A DNA stretch of 64,000 nucleotides from an uncultured Gemmatimonadales bacterium (GCA_963812035.1 CAWETG010000001.1:654987-718986), one strand, 5' to 3'. Numbered from the stretch's first letter, positions 9,082-18,780 are shown. Translations and numbers: made by a program. Notes: generated from the sequence alone by a model not told the origin.

Positions 9082-11526
9082 ATGACCGCACGACACAGCA
9101 CGCTGGCCCTGCTTGCCCTCGCGATCCTGGCCGCGACGCCCGCCCAAGCCCAGGACGGCCGCTTCACCTACCTCGGCAGTTACCGCGGCATGGGGCGCGT
9201 CACGGGCGGCGTGGTGGCGCGCGCGGAGAACGGGGCCGTCCGCATCGAGCAGATCGCCGGCGTCGGCTTTCGCATCCGCTACTCGTTCGGCGGCGCCTTC
9301 GACACCACCTCATCCTGGGCTACCATCCCCGACAGCATCGTGCTCGTCGATCCGCAGGTACGCGAAACGCCCGACGCGGTGGTGGTGCGCGGGGCGGCGC
9401 TGATCGTCACGGTGCGAAAGCGCCCGCTCCGTCTCGCCGTGGCCGACACCGCCGGAAACGAGCTGCTCTCGGAGTCCCTCGGCGCCGGCCACCAGGGCGC
9501 CCGGGTCGCCGAGATTGTCGCCCGCCCCGCGGACGCGCACTACTTCGGCCTCGGCGAGGAGCCGTTCCCGCTCGACCGCAGCGGCAGCATCCTCACGATG
9601 TGGAACACCGACGCTGGCTATCACGCCGGCCAGCCGACGCCGATCTACTCGTCAATACCCTTCTACGTCGCCGTGCACGGCGGCCGCGCGTACGGGGTCT
9701 TCTTCGACGACTCGTACAAGAGTGAGTTCGACTTCGGCGCCAGGCTGAGGAGCAACGTGGGCTTCACGGCCGACGGCGGCGAGCTGCGCCTCTACGTCTT
9801 TCCCGGCCCCTCGGTCGCGACGGTGCTCGCCGAGTACACCAGGCTCACCGGCCGGACGCCGCTCCCGCCCGAATGGGCGCTGGGCTTCCAGCAGAGCCGC
9901 TGGGGTTATTTCCCCGACAGCGAGCTGTACCGGATCACCAGCGAGTTCCGGAGCCGCGGCATCCCGTGCGACGTGCTGTACCTCGACATCGACTACATGG
10001 ACGGGTACCGCCTGTTCACCTGGAGCCCGCAGCGCTTCCCCGACCCGCGGCGCATGCTGGCCGACCTCAGGCGCCAGGGGATGAAGGTCACGACGATCGT
10101 GGACGTCGGGGTCAAGGTGGACAGCGGCTACGACGTGTACCGGCAGCTCCTGGCGTCGGGGAACTACGTGACGTGGCCCGACGGCTCGCCCTACGTGGGC
10201 GACGTGTGGCCCGGCAGGACCATCTTCCCCGACTTCACGCTCCAGCGCACGCGGACCTGGTGGGGCGAGATGAACAACCGGCTGTGGGACGCCGGTATCG
10301 CGGGCATCTGGAACGATATGAACGAGCCCGCCAACTTCTTCGGCGGCACGCTGCCCGACGTCACGATGTTCGGCAAGGGGGAGCACGAGGGCAGCCACCT
10401 CGAATACCACAACCTCTATGCGCTGCTGGAGGCGCGGTCCACCTACGAGGGCTGGCGGCGACTGCAGCCCGACCACCGGCCCTTCATCGTCACCCGCGCC
10501 GGCTTCTCCGGCCTGCAGCGCTATTCCAGCATCTGGACCGGCGACAACTCGGCCGACTGGGAGCACCTGCGGCTCGCGATCGGCATGACGCTCGGCCTGG
10601 GCATCAGCGGGGTACCGTTCGCCGGCGCCGACATCGGCGGCTTCGCCGGCGCGCCCGACGCCGAGCTGTTCTCGCGCTTCCTCGAGGCGGCCACGTTCTT
10701 CCCGTTCTACCGCACCCACAACGAATTCTCGGCGCCCGCCCGTGAGCCGTGGGCGTTCGGCCCGGTGCACACCGCGGCCAACCGCGAGATGATCCGGCTG
10801 CGCTACCGGCTGCTGCCGTATCTCTACACGGCGTTCTTTCAGCAGACCCACTCGGGCAGCCCCATCGCCCAGCCGCTGGTCCTGCAGTACCAGACCGACA
10901 CCGCCGTGTACGGCATCAACGACGAGTTCATGTTCGGCGACCATCTGCTCGTGGCGCCGGTGACCCGCCAGGGGCAGGACGCGCGGCCCGTCTACCTCCC
11001 CGCCGGACGCTGGTACCGGTACCCGTTCGACTCCATCTACGACGGCGGGCGCACCGTCACGGTGAGCGCTCCGCGCGTCGACCCGTGGGCGCGCGACGAC
11101 TCCAACTTCGTCAAGAGCGTGCCCCTGTTCGTCGCGGCCGGCGCCGTGATTCCGATGCAGGCCGTGGAGCAGTACGTCGGCGAGCGCCACATGGACACGC
11201 TCGAGCTGCACGTGTGGGACGGAGGCCCGGCGACGAGCGAGCTGTATGAGGACGCCGGCGACGGCTTCGAGTACCAGCAGGGGGCGTACCGGCTCACCCA
11301 GTTCGCGACGACGGCTGACGGTGCCACCCTCCAGATCGCGCTCACGCAGTCGGGCCGCTACGATGGTGCGGCGTCCCGCTTCCGCGTCGTGGTGCACGGG
11401 CTCAGCGCGAAGCCTGGTTCCGTCACCGTAGATGGCGCCCGGGAGGAACCGAGCTATGACGCGACGCGCAAGCTCGCGACGTTCGACGTGCCGGCCGCGT
11501 CCAAGGAGATCAGGATAGAGCGTTGA
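9082..11526 (+). CDS. GH31 alpha-glucosidase
   Basis: Start moved to ATG 9082 (MTARHSTLALLALAILAATPAQA signal). Contains GIWNDMNEP (catalytic Asp region) and GADIGGF motifs. Confidence 0.9.
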   Translation: MTARHSTLALLALAILAATPAQAQDGRFTYLGSYRGMGRVTGGVVARAENGAVRIEQIAGVGFRIRYSFGGAFDTTSSWATIPDSIVLVDPQVRETPDAVVVRGAALIVTVRKRPLRLAVADTAGNELLSESLGAGHQGARVAEIVARPADAHYFGLGEEPFPLDRSGSILTMWNTDAGYHAGQPTPIYSSIPFYVAVHGGRAYGVFFDDSYKSEFDFGARLRSNVGFTADGGELRLYVFPGPSVATVLAEYTRLTGRTPLPPEWALGFQQSRWGYFPDSELYRITSEFRSRGIPCDVLYLDIDYMDGYRLFTWSPQRFPDPRRMLADLRRQGMKVTTIVDVGVKVDSGYDVYRQLLASGNYVTWPDGSPYVGDVWPGRTIFPDFTLQRTRTWWGEMNNRLWDAGIAGIWNDMNEPANFFGGTLPDVTMFGKGEHEGSHLEYHNLYALLEARSTYEGWRRLQPDHRPFIVTRAGFSGLQRYSSIWTGDNSADWEHLRLAIGMTLGLGISGVPFAGADIGGFAGAPDAELFSRFLEAATFFPFYRTHNEFSAPAREPWAFGPVHTAANREMIRLRYRLLPYLYTAFFQQTHSGSPIAQPLVLQYQTDTAVYGINDEFMFGDHLLVAPVTRQGQDARPVYLPAGRWYRYPFDSIYDGGRTVTVSAPRVDPWARDDSNFVKSVPLFVAAGAVIPMQAVEQYVGERHMDTLELHVWDGGPATSELYEDAGDGFEYQQGAYRLTQFATTADGATLQIALTQSGRYDGAASRFRVVVHGLSAKPGSVTVDGAREEPSYDATRKLATFDVPAASKEIRIER

Positions 11527-11536
11527 GAGCGCCGAT

Positions 11537-11684
11537 CAGTTGTGAGACGCCGAGTTGCGAGTGGTGACGAGGCGTGAGCTTGGAGAACGCAGGCAAGTGT
11601 GGAAGCGGAAGCGGTGAGGACGAGCGCACTCTCTCCCCGTTTCTCCAAGCTCACAACCACCCGCAACTTGGCGTCTCGCAACTG
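11537..11684. repeat. 148-bp imperfect palindromic intergenic repeat (AGTTGCGAGA family), full copy
   Basis: The left arm cagttgtgagacgccgagttgcgagtggt...gtgagcttggagaa pairs with the right arm ttctccaagctcac..accacccgcaacttggcgtctcgcaactg. It begins 10 nt after the GH31 stop. Confidence 0.8.
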
Positions 11685-11728
11685 TTCCGCTAACTCCTAC
11701 CTTTCTCTTCTGATTACTTTTCGGCAGC

Positions 11729-13276
11729 ATGACCAAGCAGCAAGCTAACAAGTGGGTCGTCGCCAGCACGGTCCTGCTCGGCACGGTCATGGCCGTGCTC
11801 GACTCGAGCGTGGTGAACGTCGCGCTGCCCAACATGAGCGGCACGCTCGGCGCCACGATCGAGGAGATCACCTGGGTCGTCACCGGCTACATCCTGGCCC
11901 AGGTCATCATCATGCCCATCACCGCGCTGCTCGCTTCGCGGTTCGGGCGCAAGCACTTCTACATGGCGAGCGTGGTACTCTTCACCGTCGCCTCGATGGC
12001 CTGCGGCGCGGCGCGCAGCATGGAGTTGATGGTGATCTTCCGCGCGATCCAGGGAGCCGGCGGCGGCGTCATGATCACGGTCTCCCAGGCCATCCTCCGC
12101 GAGAGCTTCCCCCCCGAAGAACAGGGAACGGCGATGGGGCTCTTCGGGGTGGGCACCGTCCTGGCGCCCGCGTTCGGCCCGACGCTCGGCGGCTGGCTCA
12201 CCGACCAGTACTCCTGGCCATGGGTGTTCTACGTCAACGTCCCCGTCGGCGTGCTGTGCATCCTGCTGGTCAACCGCTTCATCGAGGACCCGCCCTACCT
12301 GGTGCGGCAGAAGGGCCGGATCGACTGGTCCGGGCTCTTCGCGATGGCGATCGGCCTCGGCTCCTTCCAGCTGATGCTCGAGAAGGGGCAGGACAAGGAC
12401 TGGTTCCAGTCCTCGTTCATCGTCTGGCTCGCCGTCGTCGCCCTGGTCGGGCTGGTGGTGTTTCTGTGGCGGGAGCTGCGAAGCGAGCGGCCCGCCGTGG
12501 ACCTGCGGCTGTTCGGCAACATCCCCTTCGCCTCGGCGACGTTCCTGGGCGGCGTGCTGGGGATGGGGCTCTACGGAGCCCTGTTCCTGCTGCCGCTGTT
12601 CCTCCAGGAGCTGCTGGGCTATCCCGCGATGAAGTCGGGGCTCGCGCTGATGCCGCGCAGCCTCGCGATGGCCGTCTGCATGCCGGTCGCCGGCCTGCTG
12701 TACAACCGCGTGGGCCCGCGGGTGCTGGTCGGGACGGGGCTGGTCGTGAGCGCCTTCTCGTTCTGGGACCTTGCGCACCTGACCAGCGACATCGGCATCT
12801 GGGACATCCTGCTTCCCCAGGTGTGGCAGGGCGTGGGATTCAGCCTGCTGTTCGTGTCGTTGAGCACGGCCGCGCTGTCCACCATCCCGAAGTCGAAGAT
12901 GACGGCTGCGTCCGGCCTCTACAACGTGGTGCGGCAGGTGATGGGAAGCGTCGGCATCGCGGCGGCGGCCACCGAGCTGGTGCGGAGCCAGACGCGCTAC
13001 CACGATGCGCTGGCGACGAACGTGACGATCTACGACGCGGCCACCCAGAGCTGGCTGCATGCCGCGACGGCGGGGATGGTGCACGCCGGCACCGACGCCT
13101 ACACAGCGCTGCAGCGCGCCCTGAACGTCCTGAACCTCACGGTGACCAAGCAGGCGATGGTGCTGGCCTACAACCACGTGCTCCTGCTGGTGGCCGTGCT
13201 GTTTCTGGTGTCAGTCCCGCTGGTGCTGCTGGTGCGGGGGCACCGCGACGTGAAGGTCGAGGTGGTCGCCGACTGA
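11729..13276 (+). CDS. MFS transporter, DHA2/EmrB-QacA drug:H+ antiporter type
   Basis: 515 aa with about 14 hydrophobic segments. The N-terminus VMAVLDSSVVNVALPNM...GRKHFYM...RAIQGAGGG is characteristic of EmrB-like DHA2. Confidence 0.85.
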   Translation: MTKQQANKWVVASTVLLGTVMAVLDSSVVNVALPNMSGTLGATIEEITWVVTGYILAQVIIMPITALLASRFGRKHFYMASVVLFTVASMACGAARSMELMVIFRAIQGAGGGVMITVSQAILRESFPPEEQGTAMGLFGVGTVLAPAFGPTLGGWLTDQYSWPWVFYVNVPVGVLCILLVNRFIEDPPYLVRQKGRIDWSGLFAMAIGLGSFQLMLEKGQDKDWFQSSFIVWLAVVALVGLVVFLWRELRSERPAVDLRLFGNIPFASATFLGGVLGMGLYGALFLLPLFLQELLGYPAMKSGLALMPRSLAMAVCMPVAGLLYNRVGPRVLVGTGLVVSAFSFWDLAHLTSDIGIWDILLPQVWQGVGFSLLFVSLSTAALSTIPKSKMTAASGLYNVVRQVMGSVGIAAAATELVRSQTRYHDALATNVTIYDAATQSWLHAATAGMVHAGTDAYTALQRALNVLNLTVTKQAMVLAYNHVLLLVAVLFLVSVPLVLLVRGHRDVKVEVVAD

Positions 13277-13277
13277 C

Positions 13278-14768
13278 CTACGGCGTGTCGGGCGCCTCCA
13301 CGATGGCCGACGCCACCCCTACCCGGCGCCACACGAAGTACACCGGGATCCCGATCATCACGATGATGAGGCCCGGCCAGGTGTAGAGCGGCTTCATCAC
13401 CAGCAGGTCCACCATGAGCAGGCCCATCGCCGCCAGGTAGAGCGCCGGCATCCACGGGTAGCCGATGACGCGGTAGGACCGCTCGGCCTCGGCCCGGATC
13501 CGCCGCAGCCGGAACAACGCGATGACGGTGAGGAAGTAGAAGAGCACCGCCGCGAAGATCACGTAGTCGAGCAGGTTCCCGTACGTCCCCGAGAGCGCCA
13601 GCAGGCAGGTCCACAGCGCCTGCACCCACAGCGCGATCCTGGGGGTGCGGTGCCGGGGGTCCACCCCCCCGACGCTGCGGAAGAACACGCCGTCGTGGCT
13701 CATCGCGTAGTAGACGCGCGCCCCCGCCAGGACCAGCCCGTTGGTGCAGCCGAAGGTGGAGACCATGATGGCGATGGCCATGATCGCCAGCCCCGCCCGG
13801 CCGAAGATGACCTGCATCGCGGCGGTGCCGACCCGGTCCTGCGCCGCGTTCTGGATCTGGCCGAGCGGCAGCACATTGAGGTACGCCACGTTGGCGAGCA
13901 GGTAGAGCGTGCATACCACGGCCGTCCCCAGCCCGAGGGCGAGGGGGAGGTTGCGCCGCGGGTTCTTCACCTCGGTGGCGGCGAACGCGACGTTGTTCCA
14001 GGCGTCGGAGGAGAACAGCGAGCCCACCATCGAGGCGCCGATCACCGGAAGGATGGCGAGCGTGAACGGCGCCGATCCCCAGAAACGCCCGGCACCGAAA
14101 TTGGCCGCGAGCGCGGCGGCATTGCGGCCGATGGCCAAGCCCAGCAGGACCAGCCCGCCGAGCGCGAGGACCTTGGCCGCGGTGAAGACGGTCTGGATCC
14201 AGGCGGCCGTCTTCACGCCCTGCGCATTGACCCAGGTGAGGAGCAGCACGATGCCGATCCCGAACAGGCGCTGCCACGACACGCCGATCTCGATCGCCTG
14301 CGGATGGGCCGAGGGGTGGCCGAACAGGGCAAACAGCGCGTCCCCGGGCGCGGGGATGTGCCCCAGCGACAGCCACACGTCCGGAGAGAGCGCCGGCCAC
14401 AGGACGGCCAGAAATCGCGAGAAGGCCACCACCACGGCGGCGATCGTTCCGGTCTGGATCACGAGGAAGAGCGTCCACCCGTACAGGAAGCCCCACAGCG
14501 GCGACAGCCCCTCGCGCAGGTAGGCGTACTGCCCGCCGGCCCGCGGGTACATCGCGGCCAGCTCGCCCTGGGTCAGCGCTCCCATCACCGTCACCACGCC
14601 GGTGACGGCCCAGACGACCAGCAGCAGGCCGGGCGAGCCGACCTGGCGGGCGATGTCGGCCGGGACGATGAAGATCCCGGACCCGATCATCGAGCCCATC
14701 ACGATGGCGACGGCCGCTGTCGGGCTGATGCCGCGCAGGAGGGTGGTGCTGCCGCTGGGTTGCGTCAC
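13278..14768 (-). CDS. APC family amino acid permease
   Basis: 496 aa and polytopic. GSMIGSGIFIVP and ELAAMYPRAGGQYAYL motifs are present. Confidence 0.85.
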   Translation of the reverse strand: MTQPSGSTTLLRGISPTAAVAIVMGSMIGSGIFIVPADIARQVGSPGLLLVVWAVTGVVTVMGALTQGELAAMYPRAGGQYAYLREGLSPLWGFLYGWTLFLVIQTGTIAAVVVAFSRFLAVLWPALSPDVWLSLGHIPAPGDALFALFGHPSAHPQAIEIGVSWQRLFGIGIVLLLTWVNAQGVKTAAWIQTVFTAAKVLALGGLVLLGLAIGRNAAALAANFGAGRFWGSAPFTLAILPVIGASMVGSLFSSDAWNNVAFAATEVKNPRRNLPLALGLGTAVVCTLYLLANVAYLNVLPLGQIQNAAQDRVGTAAMQVIFGRAGLAIMAIAIMVSTFGCTNGLVLAGARVYYAMSHDGVFFRSVGGVDPRHRTPRIALWVQALWTCLLALSGTYGNLLDYVIFAAVLFYFLTVIALFRLRRIRAEAERSYRVIGYPWMPALYLAAMGLLMVDLLVMKPLYTWPGLIIVMIGIPVYFVWRRVGVASAIVEAPDTP

Positions 14769-14856
14769 TGCCGTGGGCCCGCCGGTGAGTGGTCGCGAAA
14801 TCCTAGCTTTCCGGCCGCCCCCGAGTCAACGTCCATGGCGAGAGGAGGCGCGACGC

Positions 14857-15501
14857 ATGTACGTGCCCGGGCACTTCCGCGAGACCGACCAGTCACAGCT
14901 GGACGCCTTCATCCGGCAGCACGATTTCGCCACCCTGGTGGGTTGGGACGGCGAGCGCCCGGCGGCTTCGCACCTGCTCCTGGAGCTGGTGCGCGCGGCG
15001 GACGGGACCGCCTGGCTGTGCGGGCACATGGCCCGCGCCAACCCGCAATGGCGGAGCTTCGCGAGCGGGCGCGAGGTGCTGGCGATCTTCACGGGCCCCC
15101 ACAGCTACGTGTCGGCGGGCTGGTACGGCCACGCGAACGTGCCGACGTGGAACTACCTCGCCGCCCACGTCTACGGCGTGCCCGAGCTGATCACCGACGC
15201 CGAAACCCTCAGGGCAATGCTCAAGCGGCTGGTGGACACGCACGAGGCCGCGGGGGGCGCAACGCCGCCGTATCGCCTGGAAGCCCTGCCGGACGGCCAT
15301 CTGGGCGAGGCGCTGGAAGGCGTAGCGGCGTTCCGGATCCGCGTGACCCGCATCGAGGCCGGCTTCAAGCTCAGCCAGAACCGCAACCCGCGCGACTATG
15401 ACGCCGTGATCGCCGCGCTCGAGCAGCGCGGCGACGAGAACTCAGTGGCGATCGCGCGGGCCATGCGTGCGCGCGGCCCCACGAGCGACACGGGGAGCTA
15501 G
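14857..15501 (+). CDS. FMN-binding negative transcriptional regulator (PaiB family)
   Basis: Start moved to ATG 14857. MYVPGHFRETDQSQLDAFIRQHDFATLV...FKLSQNR is typical of PaiB. Confidence 0.75.
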   Translation: MYVPGHFRETDQSQLDAFIRQHDFATLVGWDGERPAASHLLLELVRAADGTAWLCGHMARANPQWRSFASGREVLAIFTGPHSYVSAGWYGHANVPTWNYLAAHVYGVPELITDAETLRAMLKRLVDTHEAAGGATPPYRLEALPDGHLGEALEGVAAFRIRVTRIEAGFKLSQNRNPRDYDAVIAALEQRGDENSVAIARAMRARGPTSDTGS

Positions 15502-17898
15502 GAGCGGCGACTTGGCCTGCGCGCGCGCCGCGCGCGGCTTCGGCAGGAGCGCCAGCCGCAACACCTCGTCCACCGTCTCCACCAGGTGGATCTTGAGCGC
15601 ACGCTGGATGCTCTCGGGCACGTCCCGGAGATCGGGCTGATTCGCGGCTGGAATGATGGCCGTGGTGATGCGCCCGCGGACCGCGGCGCCGAGTTTCTCC
15701 CTGAGTCCGCCGATCGCCAGCACCCGGCCCGCCAGCGTGATCTCGCCGGTCATCGCCACGTCGGAGCGGATCGGCCGGCCGGTGAACAGGCTGGCGAGCA
15801 CGGTCGCGATCGTGACGCCCGCCGACGGCCCGTCCTTGGGAATCGCCCCCTCCGGGAAGTGGACGTGCACGTCCTTCTCGCCGAAGCGCCGGCGCGGAAC
15901 GCCAAGGTCGTCGGCCCGGCTGCGCACCCACGACAGCGCCGCCTGCACCGACTCGATCATCACCGAGCCGAGCTGGCCCGTCACCTGGAACTGGCCGGTG
16001 CCCGGCATCGAGATCGCCTCGACCGGGAGCAGGTCGCCGCCGGTCGACGTCCAGGCGAGTCCGTTGGCGATGCCCACCGCCGGGACCGGCTGCGCGCGCT
16101 CGTCCACGTACCTAGGCTGGCCGAGTACCTCGTCGATCAGCTTCGCGTCCACCGTCCACGGCCCCGCCGCGCCGGCCGCCTTGCGCGTCGCGACGTGCCG
16201 GAGCAGCGCGGCGAGGTCTCGCTTGATGCCCCGCACGCCCGCCTCGCGCGCGTACCCCAGCACCAGGAGCGACAACTCGTCCTCGCCGATCGTGATCTCC
16301 GCGTCCGCCAGCCCATGCTCGGGCAGCAGCTGCGGGAGCAGGAACTTGCGCGCGATGGCCACCTTCTCCTCCGGCGTGTAGCCGGGGATCTCGATGACCT
16401 CCATCCGGTCCAGCAGCGGATCCGGGATCTGCGGCTCCGCGTTGGCCGTGGCGATGAACAGCACGTGCGAGAGATCGAACGGCACGTTCAGGTAGTGGTC
16501 CACGAAGGCGACGTTCTGCTCCGGGTCCAGGACCTCGAGCAGCGCGGCCGAGGGGCTTCCGTGACCGGGGCGGTCGGCGCCGAGCTTGTCGATCTCGTCG
16601 ATCATCAGGACCGGGTTCATCGCCCCTGCGCGGCTGATCTCCTGGACGATCTTCCCCGGCATCGCGCCGACGTAGGTGCGCCGGTGGCCGCGGATCACCG
16701 CCTCGTCGTCCACTCCGCCGAGGCTCATCCGGCCGAACGGGCGGCCCATCGCGTCGGCGATGGCGCGCCCGAGCGACGTCTTCCCCACGCCGGGCGGCCC
16801 CACGAAACAGAGGATCGGCGGCCGGGCCTGCGGCGCCAGGCGGCGCACGGCGAGGTATTCGACGATCCGGGTCTTCGCCTCCTCGAGCGCCAGGTGCCCG
16901 AGATCGAGGACCGCCCGCACCGCCGCCGGATCGGGACGCCGCTCCTCGACCTCGATGCCCCACGGCAGCGCGAGCATCCAGTCAACGTAGGTCCGGGAAA
17001 CCTGATACTCCGCCGACGCCGGCGTCAGCCGGCCGAGGCGATCCAGTTCGCGCAGCGCCTCGGCACGGGCCGTGTCCGGCATCTTCAGCCCTTCGAGCCG
17101 GCCCTTGAGCTCGCGCGCCTCGCGCAGCGCGTCGTCCTCCCCGAGCTCGGCGCGAATCGCCTCGAGCTGCTGCCGGAGCAGGTACTCCCGGCGCCCGCGC
17201 TCCACGTGCAGCGTGGTCAGCCGGTCCACCTCGCGCTGCACCTCGGCGCGCTCCACCGCCGCGGCGAGGAAGTCGGCCAGCATGTCGAGGCGCGCCGCCG
17301 CCGCCGGCTCCGCCACGATCCGGTCGCGCTGCACCAGTGAGAAGGGGAGCTGCTGCGCCACCAGGTCGGCGAAGTGGCTCGCGTCCTCGACGTTGGTCCG
17401 CAGGTTGTCCACCGACTCGACGTTGACCGCCGGATCCAGCGACGCCAGCGTCTCGGCCAGGCGCAGCACCGCGCCGATGCGGCGGTCCAGCTCCGGCCTC
17501 GACTCTTCGAGCGGCGGCACCGGGACCACCTCCGCCACCGGCCACGGCCCGTCGGTCGCGACGCTCGCGATCCGCACCCGGCGCTTGCCCTGGAAGGTGA
17601 CCTGCACCGCCTCGTCGGCGAGGTTCATCCGGTCGAGCACGCCGGCCGCCACGCCGATCTTGCCGACGAACGACGCCGGAGCCGCGCCGGCCGCCGCCTC
17701 GCCACGCACGACCGCCACGACGTTGTCGGTGCGGGACAGCGACCGGATGGCGGCGACGTTGGTGCCGCTGGTCACCTGCACCGCCGCCACGCCGAGCGGA
17801 AAGACGTGGGTCGAGCGCAGCGTCACGAGCGGCACGTGCCGCGGCACGTCCCAGGCGCGCAGGTCGTCCCGGGTCGTCGTAAGCAAATCGTCGGTCAT
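15442..17898 (-). CDS. lon: ATP-dependent Lon protease
   Basis: 818 aa with an LON substrate-binding N-domain, Walker A GPPGVGKTS, and the catalytic PKDGPSAGVT. Confidence 0.95.
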   Translation of the reverse strand: MTDDLLTTTRDDLRAWDVPRHVPLVTLRSTHVFPLGVAAVQVTSGTNVAAIRSLSRTDNVVAVVRGEAAAGAAPASFVGKIGVAAGVLDRMNLADEAVQVTFQGKRRVRIASVATDGPWPVAEVVPVPPLEESRPELDRRIGAVLRLAETLASLDPAVNVESVDNLRTNVEDASHFADLVAQQLPFSLVQRDRIVAEPAAAARLDMLADFLAAAVERAEVQREVDRLTTLHVERGRREYLLRQQLEAIRAELGEDDALREARELKGRLEGLKMPDTARAEALRELDRLGRLTPASAEYQVSRTYVDWMLALPWGIEVEERRPDPAAVRAVLDLGHLALEEAKTRIVEYLAVRRLAPQARPPILCFVGPPGVGKTSLGRAIADAMGRPFGRMSLGGVDDEAVIRGHRRTYVGAMPGKIVQEISRAGAMNPVLMIDEIDKLGADRPGHGSPSAALLEVLDPEQNVAFVDHYLNVPFDLSHVLFIATANAEPQIPDPLLDRMEVIEIPGYTPEEKVAIARKFLLPQLLPEHGLADAEITIGEDELSLLVLGYAREAGVRGIKRDLAALLRHVATRKAAGAAGPWTVDAKLIDEVLGQPRYVDERAQPVPAVGIANGLAWTSTGGDLLPVEAISMPGTGQFQVTGQLGSVMIESVQAALSWVRSRADDLGVPRRRFGEKDVHVHFPEGAIPKDGPSAGVTIATVLASLFTGRPIRSDVAMTGEITLAGRVLAIGGLREKLGAAVRGRITTAIIPAANQPDLRDVPESIQRALKIHLVETVDEVLRLALLPKPRAARAQAKSPLLAPRVARGAARTHGPRDRH

Positions 17899-17937
17899 CG
17901 AAAGGAGGCGCCGCGGGCGCAGACCAGCCCCGGCTGG

Positions 17938-18138
17938 CTACCCCGCGGCTCGGCTCGCGGCGAGCATCTCACGCATCCGGCGGGCGAGGCCCTCAATCTC
18001 CCGGAGCCCTTCGACCGTCTCGGCGTCGAGCGTCGCCTCGTTGAGGAGCAGCAGCTGCGTTTCGGCGAGAATGGCGGCCAGCGGGTTCGACAGATCGTGC
18101 CGCAGTTTACGGATGATGTCCAGATCCGGTGCCGCCAT
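17938..18138 (-). CDS. standalone DHp (HisKA-like) domain protein with no ATPase domain
   Basis: Start moved to ATG 18138, which is 8 nt after the upstream stop. The 66-aa product carries the H-box RKLRHDLSNPLAAILAETQLL followed by a second helix. It ends 39 nt before lon. Confidence 0.55.
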   Translation of the reverse strand: MAAPDLDIIRKLRHDLSNPLAAILAETQLLLLNEATLDAETVEGLREIEGLARRMREMLAASRAAG

Positions 18139-18146
18139 GGGCCCCG

Positions 18147-18434
18147 TCAGGTCGCGAGGGAACGGTAGAGATCGCGCAGGTGGTGTTCCCGGAGATCTCG
18201 CACCGCCTGCCACAGATCCTGCTCGGAGGTCGCGCAGAAGATCTCCGCCGTGACCCGCTCTTCCTCCCCGCCACTTTCGATGAAGTGCAGGCGGCCGCGC
18301 CAGATGCCGTCCTCACTGCGCCGCACGCCGAGCTGCACGGCGATGGCGACGCCCTCATAGCGGATCGGAGCCAGGTCGTGGAGCACCGGCTCGGATGGAT
18401 CGGGAACGCTCGGTCGGGGCTGCGGAAGCGGCAT
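18147..18434 (-). CDS. hypothetical protein
   Basis: Coding-like composition (YEGVAIAVQLGVRRSEDGIWRGRLHFIESGGEEERVTAEIFCATSEQDLWQAVRDL). I chose ATG 18434 because of a GGAG 7 nt upstream. ATG 18461 is also possible. Confidence 0.5.
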   Translation of the reverse strand: MPLPQPRPSVPDPSEPVLHDLAPIRYEGVAIAVQLGVRRSEDGIWRGRLHFIESGGEEERVTAEIFCATSEQDLWQAVRDLREHHLRDLYRSLAT

Positions 18435-18503
18435 CGGAAGCTCCGGTTCACAAGGGGGCATCCGAACCCGGACCAGGACCTTCGGAACGTCCGAGTTTGA
18501 AGC

Positions 18504-18531
18504 AATATAACGAGTTACGAGGCTCGCGCAA
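18504..18531 (-). promoter_or_regulatory. candidate sigma-70 promoter for the hypothetical/DHp/lon unit
   Basis: On the minus strand: TTGCGC, 16-nt spacer, TATATT. Confidence 0.4.
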
Positions 18532-18607
18532 TATTCCGGCGCTGCGGTTCGCCATCCGCGGGGGGCCGCGCCGCCCGCGGGGAGCACGCACCACTCCCAC
18601 GGTGCTC

Positions 18608-18636
18608 TTGACCAGCCTATGTGACTGATCTATAAT
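18608..18636 (+). promoter_or_regulatory. sigma-70 promoter of rho
   Basis: TTGACC (18608-18613), 17-nt spacer, consensus TATAAT (18631-18636). It lies about 145 nt upstream of the rho start. Confidence 0.7.
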
Positions 18637-18780
18637 CAGTTGCTCGCAAACCAACCCCATAACCGCATTGCTTCCTAAGCTGGCCACACTGCCGGCTTCG
18701 CGCTTCCACACAATGAGGGTACACCAGGTAGGGGGCTCAGCGCCCTCCACCTCCCGCACCACACTCGGAGTCTCCAACCC

